A DNA stretch of 53,042 nucleotides, from the sequence record MN158218, one strand, 5' to 3'. Below, in pieces: positions 1-9,095 of the stretch. Each line of letters starts with the position of its first letter. The first letter of the stretch is position 1. The notes beneath the pieces were generated by a model, which saw only the letters and a program-made list of their open reading frames with translations, did not search any database and was not told where the DNA came from. The stretch comes from Escherichia phage BEC1-17. The translations under genes and the position numbers were made by a program.

Positions 1-14
1 AGAGTATATAAAAT

Positions 15-47
15 AAGGGCTTAAGTATATAATCTACCTAAGCCCTT
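15..47. terminator. stem-loop (AAGGGCTT/AAGCCCTT, 8-bp stem) flanked by A/T-rich sequence, downstream of the leftward primase-helicase gene
   Basis: inverted repeat read directly; T-rich flank on both strands. Confidence 0.35.
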
Positions 48-51
48 GATT

Positions 52-2586
52 TTACTTAAGTTTCTTGGCTTCGTCGTATCCCCGTTCGGTTAAACAGTAG
101 ATATTTGCCGATTTCCCTCTTGTGGGTTTGTATATTTGGACTGCTAAATAGTCCTGGTCAATCATATCCTGCAACATACCGTCAATAACCTTGTTATTAG
201 CGGTTATGTTAAAGCCGTAATTGGATTTGAACCAACTTAATGATTGCCGGATAGCGTATATGCTAAGCCCGTTCATTTTCAGATGGTCTTCCCGTAAGCT
301 TCTCACAACACCTTCAGGATAATGCTTGACAATACCGTTCCAGCCTCTTTTGGTGTAAAGGGCCAAAATGTCCCTGTAGACTTTTAGGAAGCCGTCAACC
401 ACTTCGGCGTTGGTAGTTGGTGGTGCGACTATCCTGCTTGTGTTATTGACCCAGGCTGTTATACAACGAAGAACGTATTTGTAAGCCCATTCGATGTTGT
501 CCCTGGTCATTACAGGAGCATCCCAGTTGTCGAGTAAGCCAATTAGTGCTGCTATGTTGAACACATACTCGCCCATTCGGCCCACAAAGGCGGATGCTAC
601 TTCGTTGTCCCTGTAATACTGGCGCATGTCATTAATATTGCACTGGTACTCATACAGGAAGTCATCATCGTCCGATTCGTCGTAAATAGGAATCGGGTCG
701 TGCCTTAGTTTACCGTTAGGCGGGATAGCATTCACATAAGCGATTGCTTCCAGCTTCTCAATCAGCTCCTTTGAAAAGGACGTACGGCGAATCTGCTGGC
801 GACGTCCTACCTTCTCAGGTTTGGCAAACTCCGCTCGTTCATAGTTCGGGATGAACAGGAAGCGGGGCAAAAAGCCACTTGAGAAGTCTTGCTTCCGGGT
901 GTTGTCAAGGATAAGCTCTTGAGTGGAGTCACCCAGGATAGAGTAACACGGTTCGCTTACTGTCTTGACATCATTATCAGCATTAGCACGTTTGATACCT
1001 GTCAGTATACCACCAACCTTACGCTTGGTTGAAGCGTCCATCAGAGCTTTCTGAAAGTTGTCCGGGTTGTTAGGATTCATGCGTAAGCCTGAACCTAAAG
1101 CCAGACCAAATTCAGGGTAGAACAACTGTACTGAATGGTATGACGGGTTGGACATCAGTTCAGCAAACGTCCTGGTTGCAAAAGTCTGTTCCCTTGGTAT
1201 ACGGTTAAGGCTGATAGGCGATGTGTCTGGCACACTTGCCTGGATTTGTGGGAACAACTCGGTATACAGGGATTTACCGATTGATGAACCACCCACAAGA
1301 ATGATGTTGGTTACCAGGAAGTTAGCATGACCGCCTACTGGACAAACATACTTGCGACCGGCGCAGTTGCTCAGGATGTTAAGAGCTGTGCCAATTGCAT
1401 AGTCGTTAACCCTGTTAGCCGGAGATATGTTATCCTGTATCTCAGCAATAAGCCGTTTAAACCCGGACGGGGCCGTTCTGACGAATACATCAGAAGGCAG
1501 AATATCGTCGTTGACTTTGAACTCAACGTTCTCAGCCAGGGAGACACCTGAATTCTTGGCTAACTCTTTGTTGATGTCAAGAGCAAACTTGGTCTTAACG
1601 AATAAGCCATCACGTTGCATTTCTTTCAGCACAGTCTTACCGACACGGCTGAACCACTGATGGTACTTATCAACAGACAAACTATGCCGGCTAGGACGAC
1701 GACCTTCGTATGCTGCAGCTTTGCTGGCCATGAAGATGCGTTGTGTAACTTCATAGTTGCGGGTTATACGAAGCAAGTCTTTGAGTATACGGCTTAAACG
1801 TTCAGAACCGTCGTTACTCACACCAACACCGTCTGGTGCGTGCTCGTTCAGATAATGTTCTAAAGCCCAGCGAGTATTGTCTGCTAGCTGTTCGTACAGC
1901 TCTTTGTCATACTCTTCGCCACGGTCTTCGTCTTGTTCAAACTCAACATCAATATCAGGTGCGCTTGATTCAAGAAAGAACTTCTCAATTGCTGCATGCC
2001 ATTCACGGGCTGAAACAGGATTAGCATTGAACTCGCTCAATACATTGCCTGTCATTACCAGGAACATCTCAGCTTTCTGGATTTTGATGTCCAGCTGTTC
2101 GTCTTTCTCTTTAGATGTTGCTGCAGTCCATGGTAAAGGGATTGCAATGTGTTGCCCTTTGCCAGAGATTGACGTCTCAGCATAAGCACCACGAGTCCCT
2201 TCAATTATCGCTTTGTGGGTAGCTTCAATGTCTGGGTTATCTTCATGGTTGTCCAGGTCAACAAAGTACCACTGGCGAGGAACAACCAAAGCCGGCACAA
2301 AGGTGATATTCCCCTGCACAGCTTTAATCTTCATTTCACGATTGCGAATACAACGTGACAGGGCGTCGTCGAAAGTCATCCACTCTTCAGGCACTGTTGT
2401 GCTGAAGGAACGGCCTGATGGCGCTCTTGCAGGTTTCTTCGGTTTGGATTGAACTTCAAGAGTCTCGTCTTCGTACGTTAGCTCAAAGATAGCCCAGCGC
2501 TTCATATCTTTGAAGACTTGGGGAATCCCTTCTGGCTTAAAGTATTTCAGACCGAGAATATCACTCGGCTGACTCGTCATTGTCAT
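52..2586 (-). CDS. putative primase-polymerase / helicase fusion protein
   Basis: 844-aa ORF; N-terminal FVDLDN (hhhDhD) and SISGKGQH (sxH-like) prim-pol-type motifs; central P-loop VGGSSIGKS. Confidence 0.5.
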   Translation of the reverse strand: MTMTSQPSDILGLKYFKPEGIPQVFKDMKRWAIFELTYEDETLEVQSKPKKPARAPSGRSFSTTVPEEWMTFDDALSRCIRNREMKIKAVQGNITFVPALVVPRQWYFVDLDNHEDNPDIEATHKAIIEGTRGAYAETSISGKGQHIAIPLPWTAATSKEKDEQLDIKIQKAEMFLVMTGNVLSEFNANPVSAREWHAAIEKFFLESSAPDIDVEFEQDEDRGEEYDKELYEQLADNTRWALEHYLNEHAPDGVGVSNDGSERLSRILKDLLRITRNYEVTQRIFMASKAAAYEGRRPSRHSLSVDKYHQWFSRVGKTVLKEMQRDGLFVKTKFALDINKELAKNSGVSLAENVEFKVNDDILPSDVFVRTAPSGFKRLIAEIQDNISPANRVNDYAIGTALNILSNCAGRKYVCPVGGHANFLVTNIILVGGSSIGKSLYTELFPQIQASVPDTSPISLNRIPREQTFATRTFAELMSNPSYHSVQLFYPEFGLALGSGLRMNPNNPDNFQKALMDASTKRKVGGILTGIKRANADNDVKTVSEPCYSILGDSTQELILDNTRKQDFSSGFLPRFLFIPNYERAEFAKPEKVGRRQQIRRTSFSKELIEKLEAIAYVNAIPPNGKLRHDPIPIYDESDDDDFLYEYQCNINDMRQYYRDNEVASAFVGRMGEYVFNIAALIGLLDNWDAPVMTRDNIEWAYKYVLRCITAWVNNTSRIVAPPTTNAEVVDGFLKVYRDILALYTKRGWNGIVKHYPEGVVRSLREDHLKMNGLSIYAIRQSLSWFKSNYGFNITANNKVIDGMLQDMIDQDYLAVQIYKPTRGKSANIYCLTERGYDEAKKLK

Positions 2587-2893
2587 TGCTGGTTACCTTA
2601 GAAGTTGGCTTGTAGTAATAAGATGATTCAGTGTGTTGACGTACTGTCAAATAGCCTTCCTCTACAAGTCGGTCAAGACCTTCCTTGATTTTAGCCCGGG
2701 CTGCTTCGGGGTCTTTATAATACTCCGCTGCAGGTACGAGTGTTAGTGGTGATTTGGTAAAGTAGCGAGTTGGTAACTCTTTATTGAACAGGCCGACTTT
2801 TGTAATACCGCGTTGCTTACAGGCATATTCATTGCCTTCGGCGAGTAGCTTAATACCGTTGCGAATATGCCGCAACAGTTTTGGCTTTATCAT
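2561..2893 (-). CDS. hypothetical protein
   Basis: 110-aa ORF with AGGAGAG Shine-Dalgarno upstream of the ATG at 2893. Confidence 0.45.
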   Translation of the reverse strand: MIKPKLLRHIRNGIKLLAEGNEYACKQRGITKVGLFNKELPTRYFTKSPLTLVPAAEYYKDPEAARAKIKEGLDRLVEEGYLTVRQHTESSYYYKPTSKVTSNDNDESAE

Positions 2894-3046
2894 TGAGTCT
2901 CTCCTCTTGTTTGTGGGGCTCTCATTATATACACGTTATTAAACCAGAGTAAATAGACTTTTATGTATTTTATACATTTATATCTATTTACTTTCCCCTC
3001 CTTTATATACATAATAGACGTACATTCTGCTAAGGAGATACAACCA
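2894..3046. promoter_or_regulatory. AT-rich divergent promoter region between leftward and rightward gene blocks
   Basis: 153-bp noncoding, AT-rich, with repeated TATATAC-like motifs; genes diverge on both sides. Confidence 0.4.
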
Positions 3047-3484
3047 ATGTTTCACACACTCAAGACCTTTCAGGGCGTCAGCCCTAATACCGACGAACAA
3101 GTAATTGAAGAGCACTTTGTTACCTTCCGTACCAGCGACATCGTTGACATCAGCGTAATTGTACACAATGATACTGCTGAAATTGTATATCTTACTTTGC
3201 GCGGTACCCAGGACGAAGACGGTGCACCACCGTGCATGACCTTCAGACGTGAATGGCACGCTGAAGCTGTTGAATCACTGGTTGCATTGCGTGATGCGCT
3301 TCATATTACACCTACTTATTTCACTGACAATGACGGTAGCTTATTCCCGTACAGCAATGTCATGTATGTCAACATCAAAACACGAACCATGCATCTGGTA
3401 AATGGTGTTGCTATTGCACTCACCAAAAACGAGTTTGACCGGTTTTATGACGAGTATCGTAACTGGATGGACTTATATAAATAG
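3047..3484 (+). CDS. hypothetical protein (first gene of rightward early block)
   Basis: ATG at 3047 preceded by TAAGGAGA; the track ORF start at 2963 lies in AT-rich promoter DNA. Confidence 0.5.
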   Translation: MFHTLKTFQGVSPNTDEQVIEEHFVTFRTSDIVDISVIVHNDTAEIVYLTLRGTQDEDGAPPCMTFRREWHAEAVESLVALRDALHITPTYFTDNDGSLFPYSNVMYVNIKTRTMHLVNGVAIALTKNEFDRFYDEYRNWMDLYK

Positions 3485-3494
3485 GAGCAATTAA

Positions 3495-3863
3495 GTGAGT
3501 AACCAACCGTCTATGTCGTTAGTGTACCAGGCACCAGCTAAGACTGGTGAGTTTGCAGGTACTATCCACGTAATTCATGCGGAAGAAATCATCAGCATTG
3601 CATTCGTGGAAAAAACAAAGAAAGAAAAAGCTTTACGCGTCACCACTAAAAGTGGTATAATAGACGTAACGGATATTGCTGCGGGCCAAGCCCTACGTAC
3701 AATGTTCAATAACTATTGCTTACTGATCGGTGCAACTATGCACATGCAACCTGAGGAAACAACTGATGGCACTGACCCCACAAGAACTGGAATCGATGGA
3801 CACGGAACAGCTGTACGACAAGCTGGCGAATCTGAACCGCTGGATGTCACAAGCGAAAGCTGA
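3495..3863 (+). CDS. hypothetical protein (GTG start)
   Basis: GTG start 8 nt after AGGAG; 3' end overlaps next gene by ~98 nt, so the C-terminal extent is uncertain. Confidence 0.35.
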   Translation: MSNQPSMSLVYQAPAKTGEFAGTIHVIHAEEIISIAFVEKTKKEKALRVTTKSGIIDVTDIAAGQALRTMFNNYCLLIGATMHMQPEETTDGTDPTRTGIDGHGTAVRQAGESEPLDVTSES

Positions 3864-4206
3864 CCAGGAAACATTGCGCCGGACCATTAAAGCACGTCTT
3901 GAACGTGACATGATTATCAATCGTGGTAAAGAAGGTACACAAACGGTTGAGTTCAGCATGCATGGCGTACCTGGTAAACTCAAGGTTGAGCAGAAGGTTA
4001 ACCGCTCACTGGACCAGAAGCTTGTGCCTGACGTAATGAAGAAGTTACCGAAGACTGTTGTTGCCAAGCTGTTTAAAACCAAGTATGAAATGTCAGTTAC
4101 TGCATACCGTAACCTGACACCAGAACAACTGGCTATCGTCGACCCTGTTGTGAAGACTTCACCAGGTATTCCGACTGTAACATTCACACCGGCGGATACG
4201 GAATAA
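3766..4206 (+). CDS. hypothetical protein
   Basis: ATG at 3766 preceded by GAGGA; charged 146-aa product. Confidence 0.5.
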   Translation: MALTPQELESMDTEQLYDKLANLNRWMSQAKADQETLRRTIKARLERDMIINRGKEGTQTVEFSMHGVPGKLKVEQKVNRSLDQKLVPDVMKKLPKTVVAKLFKTKYEMSVTAYRNLTPEQLAIVDPVVKTSPGIPTVTFTPADTE

Positions 4207-4221
4207 GCCGAGTAATTAAAC

Positions 4222-4249
4222 GGGGCTTAGCACAAGCCCCCTGACTTTT
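4222..4249 (+). terminator. intrinsic terminator-like hairpin GGGGCTT-AGCAC-AAGCCCC followed by CTGACTTTTG
   Basis: GC-rich stem plus T-tract immediately after the stop of 3766..4206. Confidence 0.5.
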
Positions 4250-4259
4250 GGAGACTTAC

Positions 4260-4559
4260 ATGGCATCAGATAACAGCAAGAAGTATAATGTTGAAGACCG
4301 TTACCGTCACCACCTCGGCATTCTCAAGTCAATTATGCGTACTGCAGGAATGGATGAGATGGAACCTCTTTGCAATATCCTTCCTCGCGTACGCCATATG
4401 GTACAGGATAATGTTGTGTTGAATAAAGCTATTGAGCAGGCACAACTCGAAGGTGTTGCATTTATTCGTGTAACCCACAAAAAGGATGGCCCTAGCCTGG
4501 AAGTGGTTAACAGCCGTAACGTGGTAGTCAAACGTGAAGATAGCTCATCTGATTCTTGA
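4260..4559 (+). CDS. hypothetical protein
   Basis: ATG 4260 preceded by GGAG; track ORF start 4248 is a TTG four codons upstream. Confidence 0.45.
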   Translation: MASDNSKKYNVEDRYRHHLGILKSIMRTAGMDEMEPLCNILPRVRHMVQDNVVLNKAIEQAQLEGVAFIRVTHKKDGPSLEVVNSRNVVVKREDSSSDS

Positions 4560-4627
4560 TGCCATACTAGTTGGGTGTGTGGTATACGGTTTGTACCTGG
4601 CAACACAAATAACGGGGTATATCATCC

Positions 4628-4918
4628 ATGGGCAATAAGCAGATGCATGTTATGTTTATGGGCAATCCTGGTCCGCGTGACAAATGGCTATTTGACAAGT
4701 TCAAAGAAAGCCTGATAGGCAAAGAGCTGGTTATTGACTTTACTCCTGTTGAGAAAAGAGCGGCTGAAGTCTTTCGCAATATCAACCATGACTTAATCGT
4801 GATTGACGAGATTGTGGATAAGCCAACAAAGAAAGAAGTCGGTACATATGCGGCTATGTTTGGCGTACCAAAGAAAACATATACTCCGCTACACAAACGT
4901 AAAGGTAAACGTAAATGA
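4628..4918 (+). CDS. hypothetical protein
   Basis: 96-aa ORF in co-directional gene array. Confidence 0.4.
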   Translation: MGNKQMHVMFMGNPGPRDKWLFDKFKESLIGKELVIDFTPVEKRAAEVFRNINHDLIVIDEIVDKPTKKEVGTYAAMFGVPKKTYTPLHKRKGKRK

Positions 4919-5205
4919 GTACTCTCGATTCTCGTGCTAAACTGGCTAAGATTTGTAATGTGACTGTGAAGGAGTCAACTCTTCCGGAGCTCAAGGGATG
5001 TCTCCTTTGTGGGTCAGGCTTCCAGCTTATTTGGGACCCGTACAAGAACAAGGACCAGGCTATGGATGTGCTTCTGCATTCAGGTATTAGCCTGCAGGTC
5101 AACAGTAATGAAGTTGTCGCCAATGGCGAAGTGTTCTTGTTTGAAGACTACGACCGTGCTCATTATTGTTTGTGTGATGCTATTTGCACTTCTGCCTTAA
5201 AATAA
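4915..5205 (+). CDS. hypothetical protein
   Basis: ATGA start/stop overlap with upstream gene (translational coupling). Confidence 0.45.
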   Translation: MSTLDSRAKLAKICNVTVKESTLPELKGCLLCGSGFQLIWDPYKNKDQAMDVLLHSGISLQVNSNEVVANGEVFLFEDYDRAHYCLCDAICTSALK

Positions 5206-5207
5206 AT

Positions 5208-5237
5208 GTGTACGTCACCACTCACTAATGATATAAT
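5208..5237 (+). promoter_or_regulatory. sigma70-like promoter candidate (GTGTACGTCACC ... TGA-TATAAT)
   Basis: extended -10 TGnTATAAT at 5229-5237; upstream GTG-containing element shared with five other sites. Confidence 0.4.
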
Positions 5238-5319
5238 GTCTTTAACGGTTAAGCAATAAAGCACATGCGCAGGGAATAACTCTGGCATACAATTAAACTG
5301 GTATACAAGGAAACAAGAA

Positions 5320-6225
5320 ATGACTACAGTATTTGACCGCAGCGGTAAAGCACACGAAGCTCTGGGTTTTGTTATCTGTGTTGACGAGGGAAACACTTCC
5401 CTGTTGACGCAGGGTAAAGTGTATGCCAACCTGGGTTCTTTCGGCGGTGCTTACGATAACTTATGGGTAATTGACGACCGTGGTCTGAAGCAGAACTTCA
5501 GTGTTGACCGTTTCGCTAAGTATGAATCTGAAAAACACAACTGGGGTATCGCCCGCCGTTCTTACGCTAACCTGAAAGAAGGTAAGCTGTATCGTGTTGA
5601 GAAGAATCGCCCGGGTGTTCGTTCGCTGGATGGCACTAATCAGATTGCATGCGTGGATGAGACCGGTAACTGGCTGACCTACAATGAAGACGTCTTCCGC
5701 CTGTGTCGTCCGTCTCATTCCGAACAGTACATGGTCGCTAAGCTCAAAGCGGCTGCACCTGTCAAGAACACTGCAATCAACTTCAAAGTTGAGGAAGAGG
5801 TTATTGCAGACGACAAACTGAAGTTTGTTGGTGTTAAGTTTGAGCCGAATGGTCGTGTGTACACTTACAAGTACATCGGCAAAGTAAGTGTAGGTGACAA
5901 AGCGGTTGTTGACGTTCGCAATGTTAACTATCCGGAGCTGAACGGTACCAAGCTTGTTGATGTCGTGTCTGTAAGTGCAGCCAATACTTCTGGCTACAAC
6001 ACTGCAACTCTCAAATGGCTGGTTGATGTGCCTGACTTTAACAAGTATCAGCGTCGTCAGCAGGTTGAAGACTTACTGCGTGAAGCGTCAGCACGCCTCG
6101 ACCTGGAAGTTGAGAAAGAGCTGGAACGTCGTCGCCAGTCTGTTGTTGCAGACCTGGCAGCATCTAATCCGGACATCAAAGCATTGCTCGATGGTATCGC
6201 TGCGCTGAAAGCAGAACTGCTGTAA
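5320..6225 (+). CDS. hypothetical protein
   Basis: 301-aa ORF with AAGGA RBS; promoter-like motif upstream and hairpin downstream. Confidence 0.55.
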   Translation: MTTVFDRSGKAHEALGFVICVDEGNTSLLTQGKVYANLGSFGGAYDNLWVIDDRGLKQNFSVDRFAKYESEKHNWGIARRSYANLKEGKLYRVEKNRPGVRSLDGTNQIACVDETGNWLTYNEDVFRLCRPSHSEQYMVAKLKAAAPVKNTAINFKVEEEVIADDKLKFVGVKFEPNGRVYTYKYIGKVSVGDKAVVDVRNVNYPELNGTKLVDVVSVSAANTSGYNTATLKWLVDVPDFNKYQRRQQVEDLLREASARLDLEVEKELERRRQSVVADLAASNPDIKALLDGIAALKAELL

Positions 6226-6232
6226 TAACTTA

Positions 6233-6250
6233 GGCGGGTGCAAGCCCGCC
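6233..6250 (+). terminator. GC-rich hairpin GGCGGG-TGCAAG-CCCGCC after 5320..6225
   Basis: perfect 6-bp GC stem 8 nt after the stop codon; no strong T-tract. Confidence 0.35.
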
Positions 6251-6273
6251 AGTCTTCCTCCCTGGAGAGTACT

Positions 6274-6720
6274 ATGGACCTGTTCAAAACTAAATACATT
6301 GTTTATAAAGCACCAACTACTGAAGAGCATAACGTTGTGTATGCGGTTGATGTGATAAACGTCAATGCTTTCTTCTCTTGCCGTTTCTTTATCAGTACAA
6401 AGGCACGTGCAGACCTCAAAACAGAACTTACTGAGCGTGTTGTGCACGGTATTGTTAACAGCGCTGAGTTCCGTAACTTCTGGAGTAAGAAAGGCGTTGA
6501 GCTTCCTCCTTACGAAGATGGTAACCTTACTGTTGTACGTGTTGACAAAGCACACAAACAGGTATATAGGTTCAACGTGTATAGCGACCATCTGAAGGGC
6601 GTCACCATCCCTTTGTGGGTAGAAGCATATAACGAAGAACATGCAGGAGTATTGCTCGATGGCGTCATAGCCAACCTCGGTTTGTCGCGGCTATCGTGTC
6701 AAGCTGTTAGTGTAAAATAG
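6274..6720 (+). CDS. hypothetical protein
   Basis: ATG 6274 preceded by GGAGAG. Confidence 0.5.
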   Translation: MDLFKTKYIVYKAPTTEEHNVVYAVDVINVNAFFSCRFFISTKARADLKTELTERVVHGIVNSAEFRNFWSKKGVELPPYEDGNLTVVRVDKAHKQVYRFNVYSDHLKGVTIPLWVEAYNEEHAGVLLDGVIANLGLSRLSCQAVSVK

Positions 6721-6722
6721 TA

Positions 6723-6753
6723 GTGTACTTACCCCATGTAAGTGGTGTATAAT
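6723..6753 (+). promoter_or_regulatory. sigma70-like promoter candidate (GTGTACTTACC ... AGTGGTG-TATAAT)
   Basis: TATAAT at 6748-6753 preceded by AGTGG element; 28 nt upstream of RBS of 6781 gene. Confidence 0.4.
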
Positions 6754-6780
6754 ACCTCTATACACATGAGGAGAGAGAAT

Positions 6781-7011
6781 ATGAGCATCAATACTTTAGC
6801 ACAATTTCGTTCCACACGTAAGCTCGTTGCAAAAGATGACTGCGACTTGTGGACATACGGTATTCATCATGACTGGCACATCGTCGAGTCATTCGATGAA
6901 CCCACAAAATACTCCGTCTGTGGCGAGGAGTTTGACACCCTGGAAGAAGCCGAAGAAGCTCTTTATCGTATGTACTGCGATGAAGAATCACTTTACGAGG
7001 ACTATCATTAA
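6781..7011 (+). CDS. hypothetical protein
   Basis: ATG 6781 preceded by GAGGAGAGAG; track start 6742 is a GTG inside the promoter. Confidence 0.45.
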   Translation: MSINTLAQFRSTRKLVAKDDCDLWTYGIHHDWHIVESFDEPTKYSVCGEEFDTLEEAEEALYRMYCDEESLYEDYH

Positions 7012-7895
7012 TGGTTCAGATTGTATCTACTAAACAAGCCGTAGAAAATAAGCGACCTAAGGTCGCTATTTACGGCGCGTCAGGTGTTGGTAAAACCACC
7101 CTGGCTAAGACCTTGCCTCATGACAAGGTTCTTGTCATTAACGCCGAAGGCGGTTTGATGTCAATTGCAGACGCTGACATCGACTCTACGCCAATCAATA
7201 CGTTCAACGACATTCTGGCGTTGTACAAATGGCTTACCGAAAGTAAGGATGCGCAGAAGTATGAGCATCTGATTTTCGATTCGCTGTCAGATGTGGCTGA
7301 AGTTTGTCTGGACTACGAGAAGTCACAGGTTAATGATAAACGACAGGCGTATGGTAACACCAACGACAAGATGATGTACATCATGCGTCAGTTCCGTGAC
7401 CTGCCTTTCAGCGTTGCATACTTGTGCAAGCTTGAGAAGAACAAGGACGAGGTTACTGGTGCAATGCTGTACTCACCTCTTATGCCTGGCCAACAGCTAC
7501 CTAAACAGTTGCCGTATCTTATGGATGCGGTGCTTGCTTTACGTATGACTGCACCAGACGCCAATGGTAACAGCGAACGTTATATTCAGACACAACCTGA
7601 CTATCAATGGGAAGCTAAGTGCCGTAACGCACCAGGCCGTGAACTGGATGCACGTGAACCTGCAGATCTGGGCTGGATTTATGATAAGCTACAAGGCTAT
7701 CATCCTTACCAGCTGTGGTATTATCATCCGGAGTCAGACAGCTACCTGCTTCTGACGGGTCGAGCTGCAGAACAAATGCAGAACGACGACCCGAATGTGC
7801 AACTCACTAAAATCGGTTCAGACGAATCGAAAGAGAAGCACCAAGCCTGGATGGCGAAGAAAGCTGCTCAAGCTGAAAAAGAATCCGGCGAATAA
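7011..7895 (+). CDS. RecA-like P-loop ATPase (Sak4-like recombination ATPase candidate)
   Basis: N-terminal Walker A AIYGASGVGKTT; TAATG coupling with upstream gene; adjacent to SSB-like and nuclease genes. Confidence 0.55.
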   Translation: MVQIVSTKQAVENKRPKVAIYGASGVGKTTLAKTLPHDKVLVINAEGGLMSIADADIDSTPINTFNDILALYKWLTESKDAQKYEHLIFDSLSDVAEVCLDYEKSQVNDKRQAYGNTNDKMMYIMRQFRDLPFSVAYLCKLEKNKDEVTGAMLYSPLMPGQQLPKQLPYLMDAVLALRMTAPDANGNSERYIQTQPDYQWEAKCRNAPGRELDAREPADLGWIYDKLQGYHPYQLWYYHPESDSYLLLTGRAAEQMQNDDPNVQLTKIGSDESKEKHQAWMAKKAAQAEKESGE

Positions 7896-7897
7896 AA

Positions 7898-7930
7898 GTG
7901 TTTACGCCATGATAAAAAGTGGCGTATAAT
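7898..7930 (+). promoter_or_regulatory. sigma70-like promoter (TTTACG-N18-TATAAT)
   Basis: -35-like TTTACG 7901-7906, -10 TATAAT 7925-7930, preceded by AAGTG. Confidence 0.5.
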
Positions 7931-8002
7931 AAGCATCACGGCCGAACGCTGCCGGTAAAGCGTTAAACGAAATTAAATTAAACTTAAACAGGATACCAAA
8001 CA

Positions 8003-8548
8003 ATGGCTGAATTAAACTTCAACAGCTCTACCGTCGAACCGCAACAGTCTTTTGACCCGATCCCGAAAGGCTGGTACAACTTCATGATTGAAGAGGTTGA
8101 GCTGAAGCCGACTAAAGCAGGCACCGGTTCTTATCTGTCCCTGCGTTTGAAAGTGCAGGAAGGTGAGTTCGCTAACCGTGTTGTATTTGACATGATTACC
8201 TACTCCAACCCTAATGCGCAAGCTGTTGAAATCGGTCATCGCAAACTGTCTGCGTTGTGTCGTGCGCTGGGTATTGTTGAACTGACTTCTACTGGCCTGC
8301 TGGAAAACCGTATCGTAGCTGGCAAAGTAGGTATTCGCGTTGACAAGACCGGTGAGTACGACCCACAGAACGATATTCGCGAATACAAAGCGTCAACTGA
8401 AGCAACTACTGCAGTAGGTGGTCATTCTCAAGCAACTGCATCGACGACGAAGAAAGTAGGTGCAGGTGCGGGTACTTCAACGAAGGCGAGTGCTACTGCA
8501 ACGGCACCTGGTGCTGATGACGGTGCAGCAGCTCCTTGGGAAGAATAA
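8003..8548 (+). CDS. putative ssDNA-binding protein (partner of Sak4-like ATPase)
   Basis: 181 aa; structured N-terminal part then low-complexity Ala/Thr/Gly-rich tail ending in acidic APWEE; position next to the ATPase. Confidence 0.35.
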   Translation: MAELNFNSSTVEPQQSFDPIPKGWYNFMIEEVELKPTKAGTGSYLSLRLKVQEGEFANRVVFDMITYSNPNAQAVEIGHRKLSALCRALGIVELTSTGLLENRIVAGKVGIRVDKTGEYDPQNDIREYKASTEATTAVGGHSQATASTTKKVGAGAGTSTKASATATAPGADDGAAAPWEE

Positions 8549-8571
8549 TCCCTGCCGAGTAGATATTCAAT

Positions 8572-8593
8572 AGGGGCTTCGGCCCCTATTTTC
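8572..8593 (+). terminator. intrinsic terminator AGGGGCTTCGGCCCCT + ATTTT
   Basis: perfect GC-rich stem with TTCG loop and T-tract. Confidence 0.6.
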
Positions 8594-8609
8594 GTATACG
8601 GAGACTACC

Positions 8610-9095
8610 ATGCAAAAGAAGAAGATGGACAAGTGGGACAGGCGGTTTATGCGCATAGCTTGTGAAGTTGCAAGCTGGTCTAAGGACCCGAAACGCCAAG
8701 TCGGTAGCGTTCTTGTAGACCAGAACAAGCGTATTATTTCCACTGGATATAACGGCTTACCTACGCAGCTAGACTCTATAAGAATAGTGCCTAATAGCCT
8801 CAAGAACGCTCTAACTATTCATAGCGAGATAAACACCTTAGCTAATATAAGGAGGGAGTTAGACACTCCTTCTTTAGGCCCGGTTACCATCTACATAACC
8901 TACCCGCCGTGCGAACATTGTGCTGACATGCTGATAGCCAACCTTAACCTGGTACGTGTAGTTGCATTGGCACATACAGCTTCACAATCCAAATGGAAAG
9001 ATAGCATGGCAAATGCTGTCGCTCACTTGTGGGCACATAATATTGTGTACGATGAATTCAGCATTGAGGAGTTTAATAATGCCCAGTCCGTTTGA
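8610..9095 (+). CDS. dCMP/cytidine deaminase-family zinc enzyme
   Basis: HSE (H-x-E) and PCEHC (PCxxC) zinc-binding motifs in correct order and spacing. Confidence 0.7.
   Translation: MQKKKMDKWDRRFMRIACEVASWSKDPKRQVGSVLVDQNKRIISTGYNGLPTQLDSIRIVPNSLKNALTIHSEINTLANIRRELDTPSLGPVTIYITYPPCEHCADMLIANLNLVRVVALAHTASQSKWKDSMANAVAHLWAHNIVYDEFSIEEFNNAQSV

Noticed and set aside
2963-3046. N-terminal 28 codons of track ORF 2963..3484
   Set aside because: AT-rich promoter-like sequence encoding a Phe/Tyr/Ile-rich stretch; a strong RBS precedes the internal ATG at 3047.
8962-9078. N-terminal extension of the nuclease ORF as given by the track
   Set aside because: Overlaps the 3' end of the deaminase gene in another frame and lacks an RBS; the ATG at 9079 is the more plausible start.
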